Assembly (NCBI GenBank): GCA_050273025.1
Contig: CP158636.1
Coordinates: forward strand, 3,596,001 to 3,660,000
Origin: Cenococcum geophilum
Taxonomy: Eukaryota
Direction: 5' to 3'
Length of the DNA: 64,000 nucleotides
Part shown: positions 25,486 to 39,005 of the stretch, piece by piece
How the letters are laid out: every line of letters starts with the position of its first letter
Numbering within the stretch: the first letter of the stretch is position 1
Program-made: the position numbers and the translations under genes
Notes under the pieces: generated by a model
What the model was told of the DNA's origin: nothing
Seen by the model: only the letters and a program-made list of their open reading frames with translations
The model's database searches: none

Positions 25486-26355
25486 GTCTCCAAGAGCAGA
25501 GGGAATTGAGGTGTACGTTTTAGCGCTGTACTTGTGTACCCGTGTACTAGTGTTGGGAACTGGCTTTTGATACCGCGGCTGCCGAAGGAGGGGAGAACGG
25601 TGAAAATGTATCGGTGTGAGATGTCAAAAGGTGGTCTGCAGCCACAGGAAAGACGCCGCGAGGAAGGTTGGTTTGGATGGAAGATGGTAACACAGGCTTC
25701 ATAAAGGTAGAACCGACAATTGCGCAGACGGAAGAGGTGTGACAGGTGAAAGCGACGTTGTTGAGCTCAGGTGTGACGACGGCAGGCCTCGAGAATATCT
25801 CGATTTCCGGGAAGCCGCAGGAAGATGAGGGTGTTTATTATAAGTGGTGTTTCCGGTCGTTGGGGTACCTTCGATCGTGGGCATTGCCATGGGGTGCCTA
25901 GTCATTGGCGAATGTGCCGAAGTGACAAGCTGTGACTCGCATGGCATGTAGTATTCAGGTACAGGCACGACCTACCAAGCCCCAAACCCCTGCTCCGGCA
26001 TGATATGGCACAGGGTGTACGAGCTCCGGCGTCTCCCCGTTGTGCAACGCGGCCATATGCAATTTCGCTTTCGCAATTAAGCTTAAAAATTAAAGACTTT
26101 ACCTTTCTTGTAAGTGTACATACCTTGCTTCCAGCCTTTGTTGTAAGTGCACTATCTACACCACCCTGGCGCATCCGGTTGAAAGAGCGTGTTGATCACG
26201 CTAATCAAAATGCGTAGATTTATACCTAAAAAAGTAAAATAATACGTTATAATGGCCGTGCGTATTACTTCAAAAGGTATAACTCTGCCGTTTGATCACC
26301 GAGATCAACACGCACTTTAAACCGGATGCGCTAGGGTGGTGTACATCCTCTCGAG

Positions 26356-26445
26356 AATTCCGGTGGTTAGCGTAGCCACGTCTGCACGGCCTTTTTGTAG
26401 GGGAAGTTTTGGTATTTTGTTGTTTAAGGGAAAGTTAATAAAACA
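26356..26445. repeat. ~90-bp dispersed repeat, copy 2 (copy 1 at 651-741)
   Basis: Near-identical to 651-741. Confidence 0.85.
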
Positions 26446-26943
26446 CACCGGGGTGCTGTACGCTAGATGGTGCACTTGACTAAATATTAGCGAAATTGCG
26501 TGTGTGACGGGGAGGCGCCGGAGCTCGCACACCCTGTAAGATGAGTGCTTTTCCAGTGGCCTGCTAGGGTACAAAAGGCACGCCAATAATGCCGTTCCTG
26601 CAGTAGGCTACGCGGATGGCACGTGTTGCTCTGAAGCCTCAAGCTCGAAGGCAGAACGCCGGGCCCGTTGGTGGCAATGTCTTGCAGACCACCATCTCGC
26701 ATCTTGCCATGTCGGAGAATGGCGCAAAACACCTCCCCATGTGATTCCCACCCGGTAGAAAAGTAGCTGCACATAAGAAGATACGCCCAGGAGCTGCACA
26801 CGTCAAAACACCTCGACCACTCGGCTTCCCGAAGTTTTGACCTTTGACGTTCGCCGTTTGTGCTTATGAGACACGACAGCCTTAGGTAGAGGGAAATTAA
26901 TATTGGGCGGTGTGGGGCTCACGGCGAACCAGTGGCCTGCGTA

Positions 26944-27089
26944 CAAGGGGGCAACCTGAGCGGGCCAACCGCGCTCCCTGCTAGTTTTAGTGGCGTTATA
27001 GCCGTGTGTACACTATTTTTATAGGATATCATTATAATGCCATTAAAACTAGCAGGGAGCGCAGTTGGCCCGCTCAGGTAGCCCCCTTG
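26944..27089. mobile_element. Tiny foldback MITE, 146 bp, TA TSD
   Basis: TA|caagggggcaacctgagcgggccaaccgcgctccctgctagtttta... and its reverse complement ...taaaactagcagggagcgcagttggcccgctcaggtagcccccttg|TA. Confidence 0.85.
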
Positions 27090-28765
27090 TAGGTAAAGCC
27101 TAGCGCGAATGTTGATCCATCGAGACGCGATAGCATCTTCCCGCATGCAGATCCCGCACGGCCTCTGGTGTTATAAATTTTTCGATTTCCATTGGCGGGG
27201 CAAGCCGCTTAACAGTAATATTTGAGGGAAAACTCGAGGCTGAAGGAAAATGGAGAAGTCGTGGTAGACGAAATAACAATGCCTACGTCTTTTAGCAGCA
27301 CTACAGTAGACATATGTTTAGCTTTACGCTTTCATAATTTGTTACGGCTGCTAATTTACTCCATATTATTGGCTTACGCACGGTCTGCCACAGCTTCTGC
27401 TCGCCTGCGTGATGTGGTGAGATTGTAAAAATCGACTGTACCCATGTCCAGCTGGAAGCCTCAGGGCGAGGGACTGAGATGGATTTACGTGTGTACGTAC
27501 ACCATCTCTTTGCATCCCATTTGGAAATGCACGGCTACTACCATCTGCCGATACAGGCTTTGGGCCCAATTCAGTGCTAAAGGGCTCCGAATCTAGGCAA
27601 TTTGATCGATAGGTCATGTCATGTGTAGAATGTCCGGAAAGGAGTGTTGTACGCATCTGCTTTTCCTGCTAATCCCGCCTCTCAATGCCGCTGCTACAAG
27701 GGATATCCTCGAGCGAGCTAGACACCCTCCCGAGAAGTAAGTTTTTAAAATAACTTGATTCTCCTGCCCATTAGCTGAAATTAGTGCGGAGAGTATCTAA
27801 TCGTACGTGTTACCCTTGTATTGGATGTACATTAAACCATAATCAACTACCGTGGCATCTCACCGGGTAGTCAGTTCGTACCTTAATACGGAGGATATTG
27901 GTGTATTAAAATTGGGCGTGGTGGGTTGTATTTACGCCTATTTAGGTAAGGTCTCAGACCCATCGACCGTCTCATAGTCTAGTTAGGTGTGCTGGTATAT
28001 GTGGTGGAAGCTTGCGATGTCGTCGGAAGCCGGAGTGCCGATAATGCCCATGCAGGCTTGTATTGTGAAGGGGTTTTGTTATTATGTCCACAGGTCGTTA
28101 TTATCAGGTTTTACTAAACCGAATTATAAACTTTTATACGGTACAGCCCGTTTACCCAGTCAAATGCGGATCCAGAGCTATATTTAGTCCTGCTCCGACT
28201 CTATATTGGCTAATACTAACCATATAATGGGTGAAGAGTCTGTACGCGCATTCCCATCTAGAATCATCTGAAACATTTCATGTCACTCGTTGCTACAATG
28301 GACAAGCATCCAGAAATCATCCGTGTGCGAAGCCGGCCTGTGTCAAAGCTTTCGGTTGGAATATCAGTCATAGCTACAAGGCTATCAATGAAGCCACTTC
28401 CGCATTTCAATAGCAGCCCACCATGCGTTCGCCGCTGATTAACTATATCAGGCAAGTTTACAATCCAGCACGTGATCAGAGCGCAACAAGTTACTCATAA
28501 CAATTCTAGATCTGCAACGAATTAATATGTGCTATGCTTAAAGAGGTATTCATCCTCGTCCCGGCTAACGCCCTATCCTAGAGCCAATCCCGGCGCCATA
28601 TCCCAAGATCCGAATATCCGAACATCCAAATATCCCGTATCCAAAGTCATCAGAATGAACCCCAGAAACGCCAGCGGCGTCATGTATGCGCTACTCTAGC
28701 CCCAAAAGCCTTGAAAATCACCCATACCTACAAAGACTGAACCGGAATTGGATTAGTGAGGCGCA

Positions 28766-31145
28766 TCAGCCTTCGACGTCCTCAACATCGCCGAGCTCCT
28801 GCTCCTCGCACGACCTTTCTACCTCCTCAGCGACAAATTGCTCGTAGTCTTCTAGACTCTTCTGGATATGTACTTTGAACTTAATGATGTCATTCAGCAT
28901 ACGTTCGATCTCAGTGTGGAGTTCTTCGCGTAACGCAGCCGCGCGGAGCGTAAGTTGTTCATATCTAGTAAGGCGTCAGTAACAAGCCATATTATTTTTT
29001 GAATGTGCCTTGGAAAACTTACTCAATATTCGTACTCATCTCCCTCTGCTCCATAACCTGTACCGACTCGGTTAAGCCCGCCCTCATCTTCGCGAGCTCT
29101 TTCTCCATGCGCTCGATCTGCGCGTCCGACGCCATCTTCTGCGCATTCGTGATCTCCCTCGTCTTCTCGAACTCCTCTTCCGCAGCCCGGACCTTGTGAC
29201 CTAAGCCCTCGACCTCGGCTTGCTTGTCGTCCATTGCTTCTTTGATCTTGTCGAGCAGGTCGTGGTTGTTCATGTCGGCTTCCAGCGCCGCATTGCGCCG
29301 CTCGCCAATCTCCTTGCGTAGAGTAAGGATATTATTCTTGACCGTGCCACGTAGGTCGAGGTTGAGGAGGTGATGCGGCTGGTAGCCATTCCCAGAGTCT
29401 GCGAGCAGGCGGTCGGAAGAATCTGGGGACTGTGAGGTGCCCATTTGGGAGCCGGAGAAGTTCGGGCCTTCATTGATAGTGATAATGAGTTCATAGTCTT
29501 GATCTTTGGCATTGACCGCTGTGGACGGTATTATGCCGATTTGGTAGCCCAGCGAGTTGTATTTTTCCACTGTCTGCTCCAGCTCATCGAGTTTCCGTGA
29601 TGCTTCAACTTCTTTCTCGGCCACCTTCTTTTTGCTCTCCTCAAGCCTGATGCCTGTCGATTCGACACCTTTCTGTAACCTCTCGCGTTCGGTGTTCATG
29701 CGGTCGATGTCAGTGATCGTGATGCCTCTGCTGTCAACGACTTCCTGCAGACTCTGCTTCTCATTTTCAGCCTCTTCTAATTCAGCCTCGATTTTGCGGA
29801 TCTCGTCTTCAAGCAGCTTAGCTCGGTTAGCGTATTTCTCAACCTTCGCTTCCATGCTGTTGTTGTAGTTTTCGAACTTAACACGATCCTCCTCAAGAAT
29901 CTTGATCTGCTCATCCAGCTTCGAAATCCGCGGCCCACTCTTCCCTAGCTCTTCAATCTGGTCTTGCAGCGCCTTATGCTCGGCCTCAAGCAATTTGACC
30001 TGCTCAAGATGCTGCGCGTTCGCGGCATCAAACTTCGCAGCCATGGCCTCGACGTGCGGTGCCACCAGCTTCTCCGGATCATCGTCATCTTCATCCTCGA
30101 CCTGCAACCACGTCCTGTACGCGTCCGATAAGAAGTCGAAAATGATGCGATCCCCGCTCACATCGTGTCCAGCATCCAAACACGCGTCATCGTAAGACCC
30201 CACGCTGTATTGATCCATCATCCGCGCAAGCTGCATCATCCAATGCAACAGACCCAAAAACGTCGACCAGTTATTCCCACCCACCGCCGCAATCTGCGAC
30301 TTCATGATCGACTTCTCAAACGGATAGCGCATCTGCTTCAGCAGCGCGGGGACCTCCGCATCGATCGATTTCTGAAAACGGTAGGACGGGTCGATGCGGT
30401 GGTACAGCCACTGGAACATGCAATTGAAGTCCTTCTGCGTAGGCGACGTCATCGACTTGTGCGTGAGCGAGTGCTTCATGTCCATCTCGAAGTTGCCGTG
30501 TGTGAGATACTCCATCAGCTCCTGCGCCATCTGCGCGCGCACCGAGGCATCCTTCAGCCGTCGCGGGTCCGTCGGGATGCCAGAGGGCACCGGCGCCGTC
30601 GCGAAGAAGCTCTGGTGGTGTCCGCCCATCGAGCCTGCGCCGGACGAGGGCCGCGCTTTGAAGACGCTGCTGCGTCGCTGTGTGCTTTGCTCTAGGCTGA
30701 GTGCTGATGCTGGTGTGGTCAGACCTGCGCCTGGCGCGAAGCTTTTCCGTCCGCCGCCTGTGCTGTTTGCGCCGAACATGTTGTTTGTGGAGTTGCGGTG
30801 TACGGACTGGAAGCCTAGGTCTGCCAGATTGTTCCCTGAGGATGAGCGCTGAAAGACAGGCTGGCTTGGGCGGCCGGGTGCTAGAGACATTCGCGATCCT
30901 GATGCTGAGCGCGCGTGGTTCGCGGTGAAGGGTCCTGGGATTCCGCCTCCTTGTTGCATGTTAGATATTGAATTGGAGCGTTTCATTGCTGAGGATGGCA
31001 TTGGAATAGCGGAGATGTTATGCGTAAGGCCGCCGAGCGTCTGTACCCTGAATTAGAAATTAGGCGCAAGAATTGAGGAAGTTGCGCGTGGGAGACCTAC
31101 CTCGCGCGGGCGGCGCACAGAGAAAATGCCCGTTTCTTGGGCCAT
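28766..31145 (-). CDS. NDC80: Kinetochore protein Ndc80/HEC1, 3 exons
   Basis: [29 protein letters not shown]...[25 protein letters not shown], long coiled coil; short first exon [15 protein letters not shown]; last exon [16 protein letters not shown]...EG*. Confidence 0.95.
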
Positions 31146-32356
31146 TGGTGGATCTAAATTCGCAGGCAATTATTCCCTGAGTTGTTGCAATATTAAGAGC
31201 TGTAGTTCATCCGATGATGATTAGTATGCCGTTTATGTGATGTTGGTGTTCAATGTTTGGCTAGGGAGCTTTGTTGTGATTGAAAATAGCGCCAAGACAG
31301 CCATCAGCCTAGCAACGGCTCTCTCATTGGATCAACGAGTTCCTTAGGAAAGTCCACCGCCTGGACGACAGGTCGTCACAGTGGCATTCTGTCTCTTCGC
31401 ATCTCAATATTACATAGAGGATCTCTATAGCCTCTGTGAGAGCATGTCTGATTCCATCCACTTACCTCTCAGGCCACGGAATCGTCTAAAATCATCCCTT
31501 ACTCTTGAAATCTGCGAAGAGTGCCCACCCTCAGCAACCCGAAACATCCATCACCGCACAGTATGGGCATAAGTTCTGCCTAGAAAGCGCGAATCTATGG
31601 TGGAATGATTCCACGAAGGCCCAGCTAACGGCCCTTGGCTTATAAAGCTCTTAAGTTTTCTCGCGCGCAGGCACCCACCAACCAGGATGCTCGACGAACT
31701 GTAAACCACCCTTTTTGGCCGCTCCGACCACAACGTCGGAGTAGCCAAAAAGGCTGGTAAACTGCTCATCGAGCACTTTAGTTGATGGATGCTTGGGTTA
31801 TTTATATTTTTGGGTTTCAGGTTCCTTTTTGTTTGCCATCGTTTTCCCTAGCAAAATCCTTTTGCGCTATCTGCTGCGATATTGCGATATTCACTACATA
31901 GCATAATCAGATTTCTTTTCAATAAGCATCACCCCATTTCATCTTCGTCACCCACGATGAATCGAACTCAAGATCTTCAATTTCCTTATGGAGATGAAGG
32001 ACGACAGGTCCGGGGGGAAAGAGTGGGAAGGTGGGGTTGCTTGGCTTCCCGGCAATACTCAAATCAGCATGCCGGGCGCATAAATGGGGTTGATTTCGGA
32101 CAGCTAGCAGAACATACTCATGAACACAACCCAAACCAGGGAAATGAAAATCGCATCACAATCTTGTATTATCTTCCTCCGGGGTGAACGTCATTTCGAG
32201 ACACCTTGTATTAATGAATTGGTATACCCCTCTAAAGTTCATCAATGGTAGTCCTACATGGTCATCCCTTTGCTAGTTTTTGAACTCGCACGCCCAAGGT
32301 CGCAAGTACACCATCCCCACCAGAACAGCTCACTCCTCTCTTACTCCTTCCTAACT

Positions 32357-34702
32357 TCAGGAGCCTCCTCTTGTCGCCTCTCCCTCTGCGTCTGGCAAGC
32401 TCTGCTCCTTACTCAATCTCGGATTTCTAATTACCAATGAGAACGCAATTAGCAACACACACAGGCAGATTCCCGTGATGCAAAGCAGCTTCTGCGTATG
32501 CTTGTACGCTAGAACAACCGCCTGTCGCTCTGGCGTATCCATGGTGTAATTCACGGCAAAGGTAAAGGGGTCACCGTAGGCTGAGATAGCAAGAGTGGAG
32601 TTTTTGAGCTGCTTCTGGAGCTCTGAAGGGAGCACTTGCGTCCAGATGGCACCGGAGATGGTGTTGCCGAGAGCGGATCCGATGTTGTAGGAGGCGAGGT
32701 AGAGGCCGGTTATCACGGCGACGTCTAAGTTTTATTAGCGAGTATGTGTTAGGGATAAGGAGGGTGAACTAACGTTCGTGCTTTGTGGCTGCTTGAATGC
32801 TTGCTTGCGCAGGGTAAGGGAAGAAACCGCCCGCTACTAAATGTTAGCTGGAACACATATACAGTGTACATTGCGCTCAGCTTACCTAACCCAAGTAATA
32901 CTTGGGCGCCAATAATGCCAGAGTGGCTTGAGGAGCCGGATCCACCACGGTAATTTATCAGCAACCCAAAGGCGACGAGGAAGAGGATGGTGCCGAAGAT
33001 GATAAATGGTTTCAGTCGTTTGACCTTGAAAACTATAAGACCCAGGATCGCACCCGTAATAACGGAGACAAAGCTTCTCGTGTTAATAGGAAGATAATAG
33101 GTCGCGCTGGAGAATAACCTTACCTGTATAAGGAAGAGATTCGGGTAGCGCTCTTAACCGATTCATTGAAGGCAACAATCAAGACAGTGTAGAGGTAATC
33201 ACCCTGGAGATACCAAGCTGTTCGAGTTAGCACTCATTAGTAACAATAGGAGATCGAGCGTACCAGTGTTAAGCATCATAGCAATCCCAAGCGCTCCCCA
33301 AACAGCACGGTCTTGCAGAAGCTAGTTGCTAGTAGTTAGTAAGATAAACATAGGATAGAGATTGATTCATACTTTGAAGGGCACCATAGGATGACGACAC
33401 TTTTTCTCCCATAGAATAAAAACTGGCATGCAAAGTACACCAACCACGAGTGGAGCAATAACATGGGCAGTCTTCCATTTGGTTTTCACGCCTCCCGCAA
33501 TTGTAAGTGGTACTAAAATGAGAGCAAATACGGCGATGAGTAGAATGACGCCCACCACATCCAGTTGCCAAAACAGTGAGGTGGAGAGACGCCGAAATCC
33601 AAGCATCTGGTAAGGAGTCTTATAGTCGGCAAGTCCGCTCGTCTTCCTGGCCCGTCGATGGGCAATGAAGAGCGCGATAATGAGCGGCAATGCAGAGACT
33701 AGTTTTGCGTTAGGAATGGCTTTAGACTGAGAAGGAAGATACGTACCTGGGTAAATGATCGCCCACATCCCAACACCTAATTACTACTCAGCGCTGCTTG
33801 TCTGCAGAGGCAAATGAAAAACTCACCCCACCGCCATCCTGCATTTGCTAATGTCGTAGATGCTACATTACCGCTAACCCAAGTATTTATCTATAGTTGT
33901 CAGTGGAGGGTCCGGTCACAGAGGCTTATGTGGCTCCTTACAATGAATGGAGTAGCAGGAATATATGAGAAGAACAGACGAGATCGAAGAGAAGTCACAT
34001 CCGCAATGATGACTTCGACGAGTAGAATAACACAGGTATAACCGATCTGCGGTGAAGGATTAGTGAACGTACTCCTCTATGTGGAACATGAGTCCTCGGA
34101 TGAGTGCGAAAATACTTGGTACAGCACGGCGCCTGCGCAGAAGGACTTCACACCGGTTGAGGTGGCTTCGACAATAGTGCCTAAGTCACTATTAGTAACA
34201 CGATACTGATAAGGTACTAATACTACCAACCGATTATGTAGAATACAATTGATACAAGGACCAGTTCAACTCTGCCGAAGACATCGGCGATTTTGGCGGC
34301 AGTAGGCTAGAAACGCCTGAGCACAGCAAGCCAACTTCAAGCCTTCAGAATCACGAACCTGAGCTGCGGCAGCGATGACACTCCGAAGGACCGTTATGGT
34401 TGCCAGTAAAGAGTGCTGAGCGAAGCTAGCTGTGGCATTGGGCTGCCCAAGCGTCAATTGATTTGAATGGCCAAAGATCATCGTAGACAAACCTGATAAG
34501 TATAACGAAGTATGCCGTCAAGAGAATAGACATAAGCAATTAGAAAAACCCCAATGAATAGAAAGATTCGATCGATCAAGGTGATGTGGGCAGAAACGAC
34601 CTCAATCCGACGGACTCCAGGGCTAATCTCGCCTGTGAGGAGAATTTCGTCATGTCTGTCTTGCGTTACCGCCGGATCTCTGCCTTTCAACTCTCCGGAC
34701 AT
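32357..34702 (-). CDS. Siderophore-iron MFS transporter (ARN/SIT family), many introns
   Basis: [76 protein letters not shown]. Confidence 0.88.
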
Positions 34703-34827
34703 TGGGGCAACGAATTGACTAGATTAAGGGCAAGAAAGTGGTGGTGCTGGCATGCAATATATCATATCGGAGGAGTGGGCGCACCCGGCTTATAAGATCG
34801 ATTGATAACATTAAATCAGACCATAAG

Positions 34828-34836
34828 TTATCAGAT
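34828..34836 (-). promoter_or_regulatory. SreA/Urbs1-type iron-responsive GATA site (ATCTGATAA)
   Basis: Exact ATCWGATAA about 125 bp upstream of the transporter ATG; extra ATTGATAA sites at ~34801 and ~34939. Confidence 0.6.
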
Positions 34837-35377
34837 CAAACCGGAGCTGTCATGAAAATTTTGACACGCCAATCACGACGAAAGGGGAACAAAACCGTCG
34901 ATGACCGTTTGACAGGGTACAAGGAGAGAAACTGATTAGATTGATAAGATGATCCACTTAATCCCACGGAGCCGACCTGGGATTTGCTTGGCGTGACACA
35001 GCGCTGGGTTACATTGGTCGGCGAGCCCGTTGCCGAGCAAACCAGAAAAGACCCCAAGGGATCATGACCATTGTTAGCTAGAATTGGCAATTTTGATATA
35101 GAAAAACGCACCTAGCAGGACATTTCCTAGGCTTTTCAGTGAACCGGCATGCGGATATCGTGGGGGGCTGGAGAGAAAGGCTTGGTGTTGGCCACATACC
35201 ACATGCACGTGACTGCCCCGACCCAAGCGGCAGCCGAGGCATTTCCGGCCTCCAACATTTCGCCCTGCCATCGCGTCCCCTGCCATCTATAGCTGGCCGC
35301 CCAGCTCTAACTGTCTTCACGAGCCTTCTTCTTCTTGAGCTCTATATGCGCCTCGCTTTGAGGTCGAGGTAGCCAAA

Positions 35378-36658
35378 ATGGTCCGCGAGGACCTCATCTC
35401 GTCTGCTGTAAGTTCGGTTGTCCCCGCTGCGAGACCACCGCTCTGATTAAACCACAGGTCTCTTGTAAGTTTAACATAGAGCAATCCGGTATATCAATGT
35501 CATCCTAATACCTCCATGCAGTTCTTCAAGACCCTTCTGTTGCCAACGCGCCTCTTGAGAAGCGCATCGCCTTCCTGCAATCGAAGAACCTCACACAGGA
35601 AGAGATAGATCTCTCCTTAACACGTGCTTCGGAAGACTCCAGCTATGCCAGCTCTCAAACGCCGTCAAGTTCTGCGCCATCAAACTATGCTTACAGACAA
35701 CCTCCTCCGCCACCTCCACAAGGTTATAGTGCATACCCACCCGGATACTGGCAGCAGCCGCCACCACCAGAGTAAGTTGGCTTCTGGATGTTTAGTACCG
35801 CGCTTGATAGCTGACATATTTGCGCTAAGACTCCCCAAACGCGACTGGCGTGACTGGTTCATCATGGCCACGGTGATGAGTGGTGTGAGTTATGGTCTCT
35901 ACTTCACCGCAAAGCGCTATATCCTCCCCATGATCTCGCCCCCAACGCCTCCCCAGCTAGCTCAAGATAAAGCCTCTATTGACGAGTCCTTCACGCGTGC
36001 CTTTGCTCTTCTCGACCAACTAAACACCGATACCGCCGCTCTCAAAGCCTCTGAAGAAGCCCGCACGAACAGACTGGATAATGCGCTCTCAGAGATGGAG
36101 AGTGTGCTTGGAAGCTTGAAAGAATCATCGAAGCGGCAAGGGGATGACAACAGGAGGATCGAGGATGATGTGCGGAGTCTCAGAGAGTTGATCCCAAAGG
36201 CACTAGACGCGCACAAGGAGACGACAGACAACCGGCTAAAGGAGCTAGGAACTGAACTGAAGAGCCTAAAGACACTCGTCGGAAACCGTATGAGTGCGGG
36301 CCCTATAAGGTCTACGAGCTCCGGCGCCAGTGTGTACAGCATGCCTCAGGCGTCAACTCCCAACATGAACGGCGCTTCGTCGCCCACTGTAGCTCAACAG
36401 CCAGTGCCTGCGGTGGGCGGGCCTGTGGGTGGTGCGAGCAACGCAACTGATGGGCAGGGAAGTGTCAGTGCTGCTTCCTCTGCTACCCCAGCCGTTTCAA
36501 CACCGGAAAGGACACAGACTTCTTCGTACGGCAGGTTAACGAATGGAAAGCCAGTTATTCCGGTGTGGCAAATGACAGCAGCGAAGAAAAACCAGGAGGC
36601 CGAGAAGAAAGACACAAGTGAAAGTGGAACGGCTACTGAAGCCAGTACTAATACTTAA
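35378..36658 (+). CDS. PEX14: Peroxisomal docking protein Pex14, 4 exons including a 7-nt micro-exon (35458-35464)
   Basis: MVREDLISSA|VS|FLQDPSVANAPLEKRIAFLQSKNLTQEEID, RDWRDWFIM, coiled coil, IPVWQM. Confidence 0.93.
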
Positions 36659-37069
36659 AGCATGAAGCGGACGAGGAGAACACTGATACGAGGAGTAGGG
36701 ATATGAATAGACTTAGATGGCGGATTCTGGGTCTGTATTATTTTAAGTCTTAGTTTTTCATGATATATGGAGTAATACTACACAACGATCTCTTTTAAGT
36801 CATCTTTCCGAGATTTTCGTAGAAAATTACAATATTCTGAGGATATCTTCCAGCTTTCTTCAAGCAAATTTATAATCAGGTCTTTAAGGAGTTACTTTGC
36901 ACCTCTAGAAGGTCCAATCCAGACGCACAGGTCAGAACGATTTTATTCGCAAGGAGAATCAGGCCGAGCAAGTGTAAGCCAGCCATGTTATAATTCATAT
37001 GCTCTCGTGCCTCAATCGAAACCACTAAAGCCCTCGTAGATATCTAAAGAACTATCGAACAGAACTAAA

Positions 37070-37533
37070 TAGATAGGAGGGCGTAAGAGAGCTATATTAC
37101 CTAAGAGTTATCAGTCTAATCCCTACTACACTACTTATCTAAGTAGGCGAGAACGGTCTTATTTAACTAGGATAGAGTCTTTTTACTATCTTAGGCTTAT
37201 AGTAAGGATAAGAAGCTTATACGATTACTTTATACGTCCTTATTTTAAAGATAGTAAGGAATAAAAAGTCTTAGGAGTCGTTAGGAGATAACGATTTAGG
37301 TAGGAGAGGTATATATATAAGGGATATTATTATAGTCATCTCTTAATAGCCGATATTAAAAAGGCCTTAGTACTAAAGAAGTACATTAACCCTGCTATAA
37401 AGGTACTAATAGAGTACTCTAAATAACTATTCGTATTCTTATAAAAGAAACTTATTAAGCTACTAAAAGACTAACAATATAACTATAAAATCGTACTTAA
37501 AGAAGGAAAACAGCCTAGATTTAGACCCCTATA
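37070..37533 (+). mobile_element. RIP-degraded Ty3/Gypsy pol fragment (just before RT)
   Basis: YNYKIVLKEGKQPRFRPLY resembles the DH.I.L..G..P..GPLY segment preceding Gypsy RT; AT-rich, TA-enriched. Confidence 0.55.
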
Positions 37534-38750
37534 TATGGTGGGCCATACGCACCAAACCGCCAACGTCAAAATTCGCCTCATCAAAATATGCAATGCAGAG
37601 CTACTGATGCGCAGCCAGATGCACAGCTAGACGCACAGCTAGATGCAGAGCCTGATGCAGAGTCTTGATATCAAACGGCCAGCGGAACGGTCAAATCAAG
37701 CCAGAGTCTCTGCTACCTTGATCGACTGCCCTGCCGCCGCTGCTGCTGCCGCTATTCCGTCCAGCTATTTCGTCCCTACTGTCTCGACTAACTGTTCCGT
37801 CTCTACTGTTCTAGATCTGTACCGCTACTAGATCTGCTAGATCTGTTATGCCGTCCAACTGTTCTGACCGACCTACTCTAGGCCTAGGGCTGTTTTGACT
37901 GTTCTACTGTTGCTCTCCCTACCGCTAGACCCTACCGTTTCGATCGCGCCGCCGCCGTTCCAACTAGCCGCCTCCGACCGACTGCTACCGACCAGTTGCC
38001 ATTGACCATTCTACCGCTACTGCGGCTACGGCTGCTACTGCTGCTATTCCGACTGTTCCGACTGCTATTCCAATTGCTCTACCACTGCTGTATCAACCGA
38101 CTGCTGCCGATCGACTGCCAATTAACCGTCTACCGTTACCAAGATTTCTGCTACTAAAAGTTCTACCGCCGAATGTCCTACTGCTTACTAACTGTTACCG
38201 AGTTCTTCCACCGAGTATTCTACCGCCGACTATTCTATCTTATTTTACCGCGCTGACTGTCTGCTTTTATTACTGTTTATGTCACTATTACTATTACTGC
38301 CGTTATTATTTCTAGTTTACTGCTGCCCTAGTTGCTAGGTTGGATCTTAGCTATAGGTAAAGGAAGGACGCCGTGGAACAGTTTTATCGGAGGGCTAAGG
38401 ACAAGGTTATCTGCGTTCTTTTAGGGATGTGCTTTCCTTTTTCTATTCAACTTTCGCTATGCTTTTGTTTGGTTATTCTTCTATTATATAGAACGTTAGG
38501 GGACAACGTTCTTGGTGGGGGAGGTATGTGGTAGGGTAAAATGGCTTACGCCTATACCTTGGCATTTTCCTGTATTTATAGAGCCTTCGGCTTCCCTCCT
38601 TCTTAGAGATCACGACCTACCGGGAATACATTCTTTCCTTTCTTCTTACTGACTGCTTTCCTACTGATTGATTACGACAGACAGACCGACCGACTGACAG
38701 ACAGACAGCATTGTGACTTCCTATCTGGGAGGACCGCGTATACCACCACA
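37534..38750 (+). mobile_element. 1.2-kb LTR-type insertion with 5-bp TSD; ends in a 224-bp LTR (38527-38750) preceded by a polypurine tract
   Basis: TSD CTATA at 37529-37533 and 38751-38755; termini t(a/g)tggtgg...ccaccaca; ggtggggggagg immediately before TGTGGTAGG at 38527. Confidence 0.6.
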
Positions 38751-39005
38751 CTATAAGCTAAATATATCTAAAAATAAGGTTATAATTTATAAAGTTAGCC
38801 GCCTAGAAGGGTTGCGGGCTAACTATCTTAGTGTAGTTATATATATCGGCTACTAATACTATAAGCTTATAGGCACTATATAGTTTAATCTAATGCTTAT
38901 CTAGGAAGCCTATAATAAGTTTCCGCTACCTTTATAATAGGATAAGTTTATACTCTTTTACTAAATTATATTATATAAGATTAATTTCAGCGCCGCTATT
39001 ATATA

